Source: a virus
Lineage: Duplodnaviria; Caudoviricetes
Reading direction: 5' to 3' (one strand)
Virus record (IMG/VR): IMGVR_UViG_3300023314_000003
Coordinates: 1-44,184 of that record
Length of the DNA stretch: 44,184 nucleotides
Shown: positions 43,059-44,184 of the stretch, piece by piece
Position numbering within the stretch: the stretch's first letter is position 1
Layout: each line of letters opens with the position of its first letter
The notes under the pieces: model-generated
Told to the model about the DNA's origin: nothing
Database searches by the model: none
The model's input: only the letters and a program-made list of their open reading frames with translations
Program-made: the position numbers and the translations under genes

Positions 43059-44184
43059 TAGAGATTTACTAACAGTTGCCAAAGTCAAGTGCCTTAAAAG
43101 CCTGTTATTTCACACCCGATATTTTTTCAAACATCAATACAACCGCAAATTCGTTATAGGTGAACACCACGAACTAATATGTGAAGCCTTAGAGCGGATA
43201 CTAAGCGGAGATTTAAAGCGGCTTATAATCAACATAGCACCTCGATACGGTAAAACTGAATTAGCGGTAAAGGCTTTTATATCTCATGGGCTTGCGCTTA
43301 ACCCATCTGCTAAGTTTATACACCTGTCATACGCCGACGATCTGGCATTAGATAATTCAGAAACCGTAAAAGATTTAATTCAAACGGAAGCCTACCAACA
43401 ATTATTCCCAAATGTTCAAATAAAGAAGGACGCTAAGGCTAAAAACAAATGGTATACTACAGCTAATGGAGGAGTATTAGCACGTGCAGCGGGGGGGCAA
43501 GTTACAGGCTTCGGAGCTGGCAAGGTAGATGAGGAAGAGGATTTTGACGAGTGGTTAGCAGGAACTGAACAAATAGAAGGCAGTCATTTGGAACGAAAGT
43601 TTAAGTTTGGGGGTGCTATTATAATTGACGACCCTGTTAAACCTGAAGATGCAGATCAGGATACCATCCGAGAAAAAGTAAACAGCCGATTTGATAGTAC
43701 TATACGCAACCGTGTTAACTCACGGCATACGCCTATAATAGTTATTATGCAGCGGTTACACCCTAATGATTTAGCTGGTTATTTGCAGCGCGAGGGAGAG
43801 CAAGACGAGTGGGAAGTAATTTCTTTACCTTGTTTAAAAGAGGACGGAACGGCATTGTGGCCTTTTAAACACACCGTTGAGGAATTGTTAGCTATGAAAA
43901 AAGCTAATGATATTGTTTACGAACGGCAGTTTAATCAGAATCCAAAACCGAAAGCAGGTTTATTGTTCCCTATTGATGACTTACATTTTTATGACCCGTC
44001 ACAAGTTAAAGGATTATCCGACCCTGATTTCTGCTATGTTGCTGCTGACCCTGCTAATGAGGGCGGTGATGACTTTGCAACAGGGGCGGCTAAACTAATT
44101 GGCGATAAGATTTATATTACAGATGTTTTGTACAACACAGACGGTGCAGACTTTAACGAGGCTGCATTGGTTAGGTTGTGTTTG
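43045..44184 (+). CDS. terL: Terminase large subunit, N-terminal ATPase part (about 500 aa in total with 128..490)
   Basis: Not in the ORF track because it is open at the window end; LIINIAPRYGKT (Walker A), IIIDDP (Walker B) and IMQRLH motifs. Confidence 0.93.
   Translation, partial: MEVIDRDLLTVAKVKCLKSLLFHTRYFFKHQYNRKFVIGEHHELICEALERILSGDLKRLIINIAPRYGKTELAVKAFISHGLALNPSAKFIHLSYADDLALDNSETVKDLIQTEAYQQLFPNVQIKKDAKAKNKWYTTANGGVLARAAGGQVTGFGAGKVDEEEDFDEWLAGTEQIEGSHLERKFKFGGAIIIDDPVKPEDADQDTIREKVNSRFDSTIRNRVNSRHTPIIVIMQRLHPNDLAGYLQREGEQDEWEVISLPCLKEDGTALWPFKHTVEELLAMKKANDIVYERQFNQNPKPKAGLLFPIDDLHFYDPSQVKGLSDPDFCYVAADPANEGGDDFATGAAKLIGDKIYITDVLYNTDGADFNEAALVRLCL
44058..44184. repeat. Terminal direct repeat, copy 2
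   Basis: Identical to bases 1-127. Confidence 0.97.

Overview
This window is a complete, circularly permuted tailed dsDNA phage genome of about 44,057 bp. Bases 44058-44184 exactly repeat bases 1-127, and the terminase large subunit reads through the junction. The host is very probably Bacteroidota, inferred from TAnnTTTG promoters, A-rich start regions, signal peptides cleaved before Gln, and DUF3127- and VirE_N-like genes. Gene order on the + strand is TerS, TerL, portal, HK97 protease, capsid, head-tail and tail genes, tape measure and tail-tip genes, interrupted by small morons. Then come a minus-strand accessory block containing a tRNA-like/ncRNA cluster (16.2-21.1 kb), three fibre/spike-like proteins that unexpectedly carry signal peptides (21.3-25.8 kb), and an unusual lysis region (25.85-28.3 kb). 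That region runs Cys peptide, 4-TM protein, TM/coiled-coil protein, stand-alone response-regulator receiver, micropeptides, muramidase, holin. A second minus-strand block rich in tiny membrane proteins (28.3-32.7 kb) precedes a + strand recombination/replication arm: Sak/Rad52-like, YqaJ exonuclease, two SSB-like proteins, HTH, DUF3987, a primase-like gene, an iteron-like repeat region and VRR-NUC. No integrase, DNA polymerase, reverse transcriptase or CRISPR array was recognised. The best candidates for new biology are the peptide/membrane/receiver module in the lysis cassette, the secreted fibre trio with a shared C-terminal domain, and the structured RNA cluster around an anticodon-defective tRNA. 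All family calls come from motif recognition by eye, not database searches.
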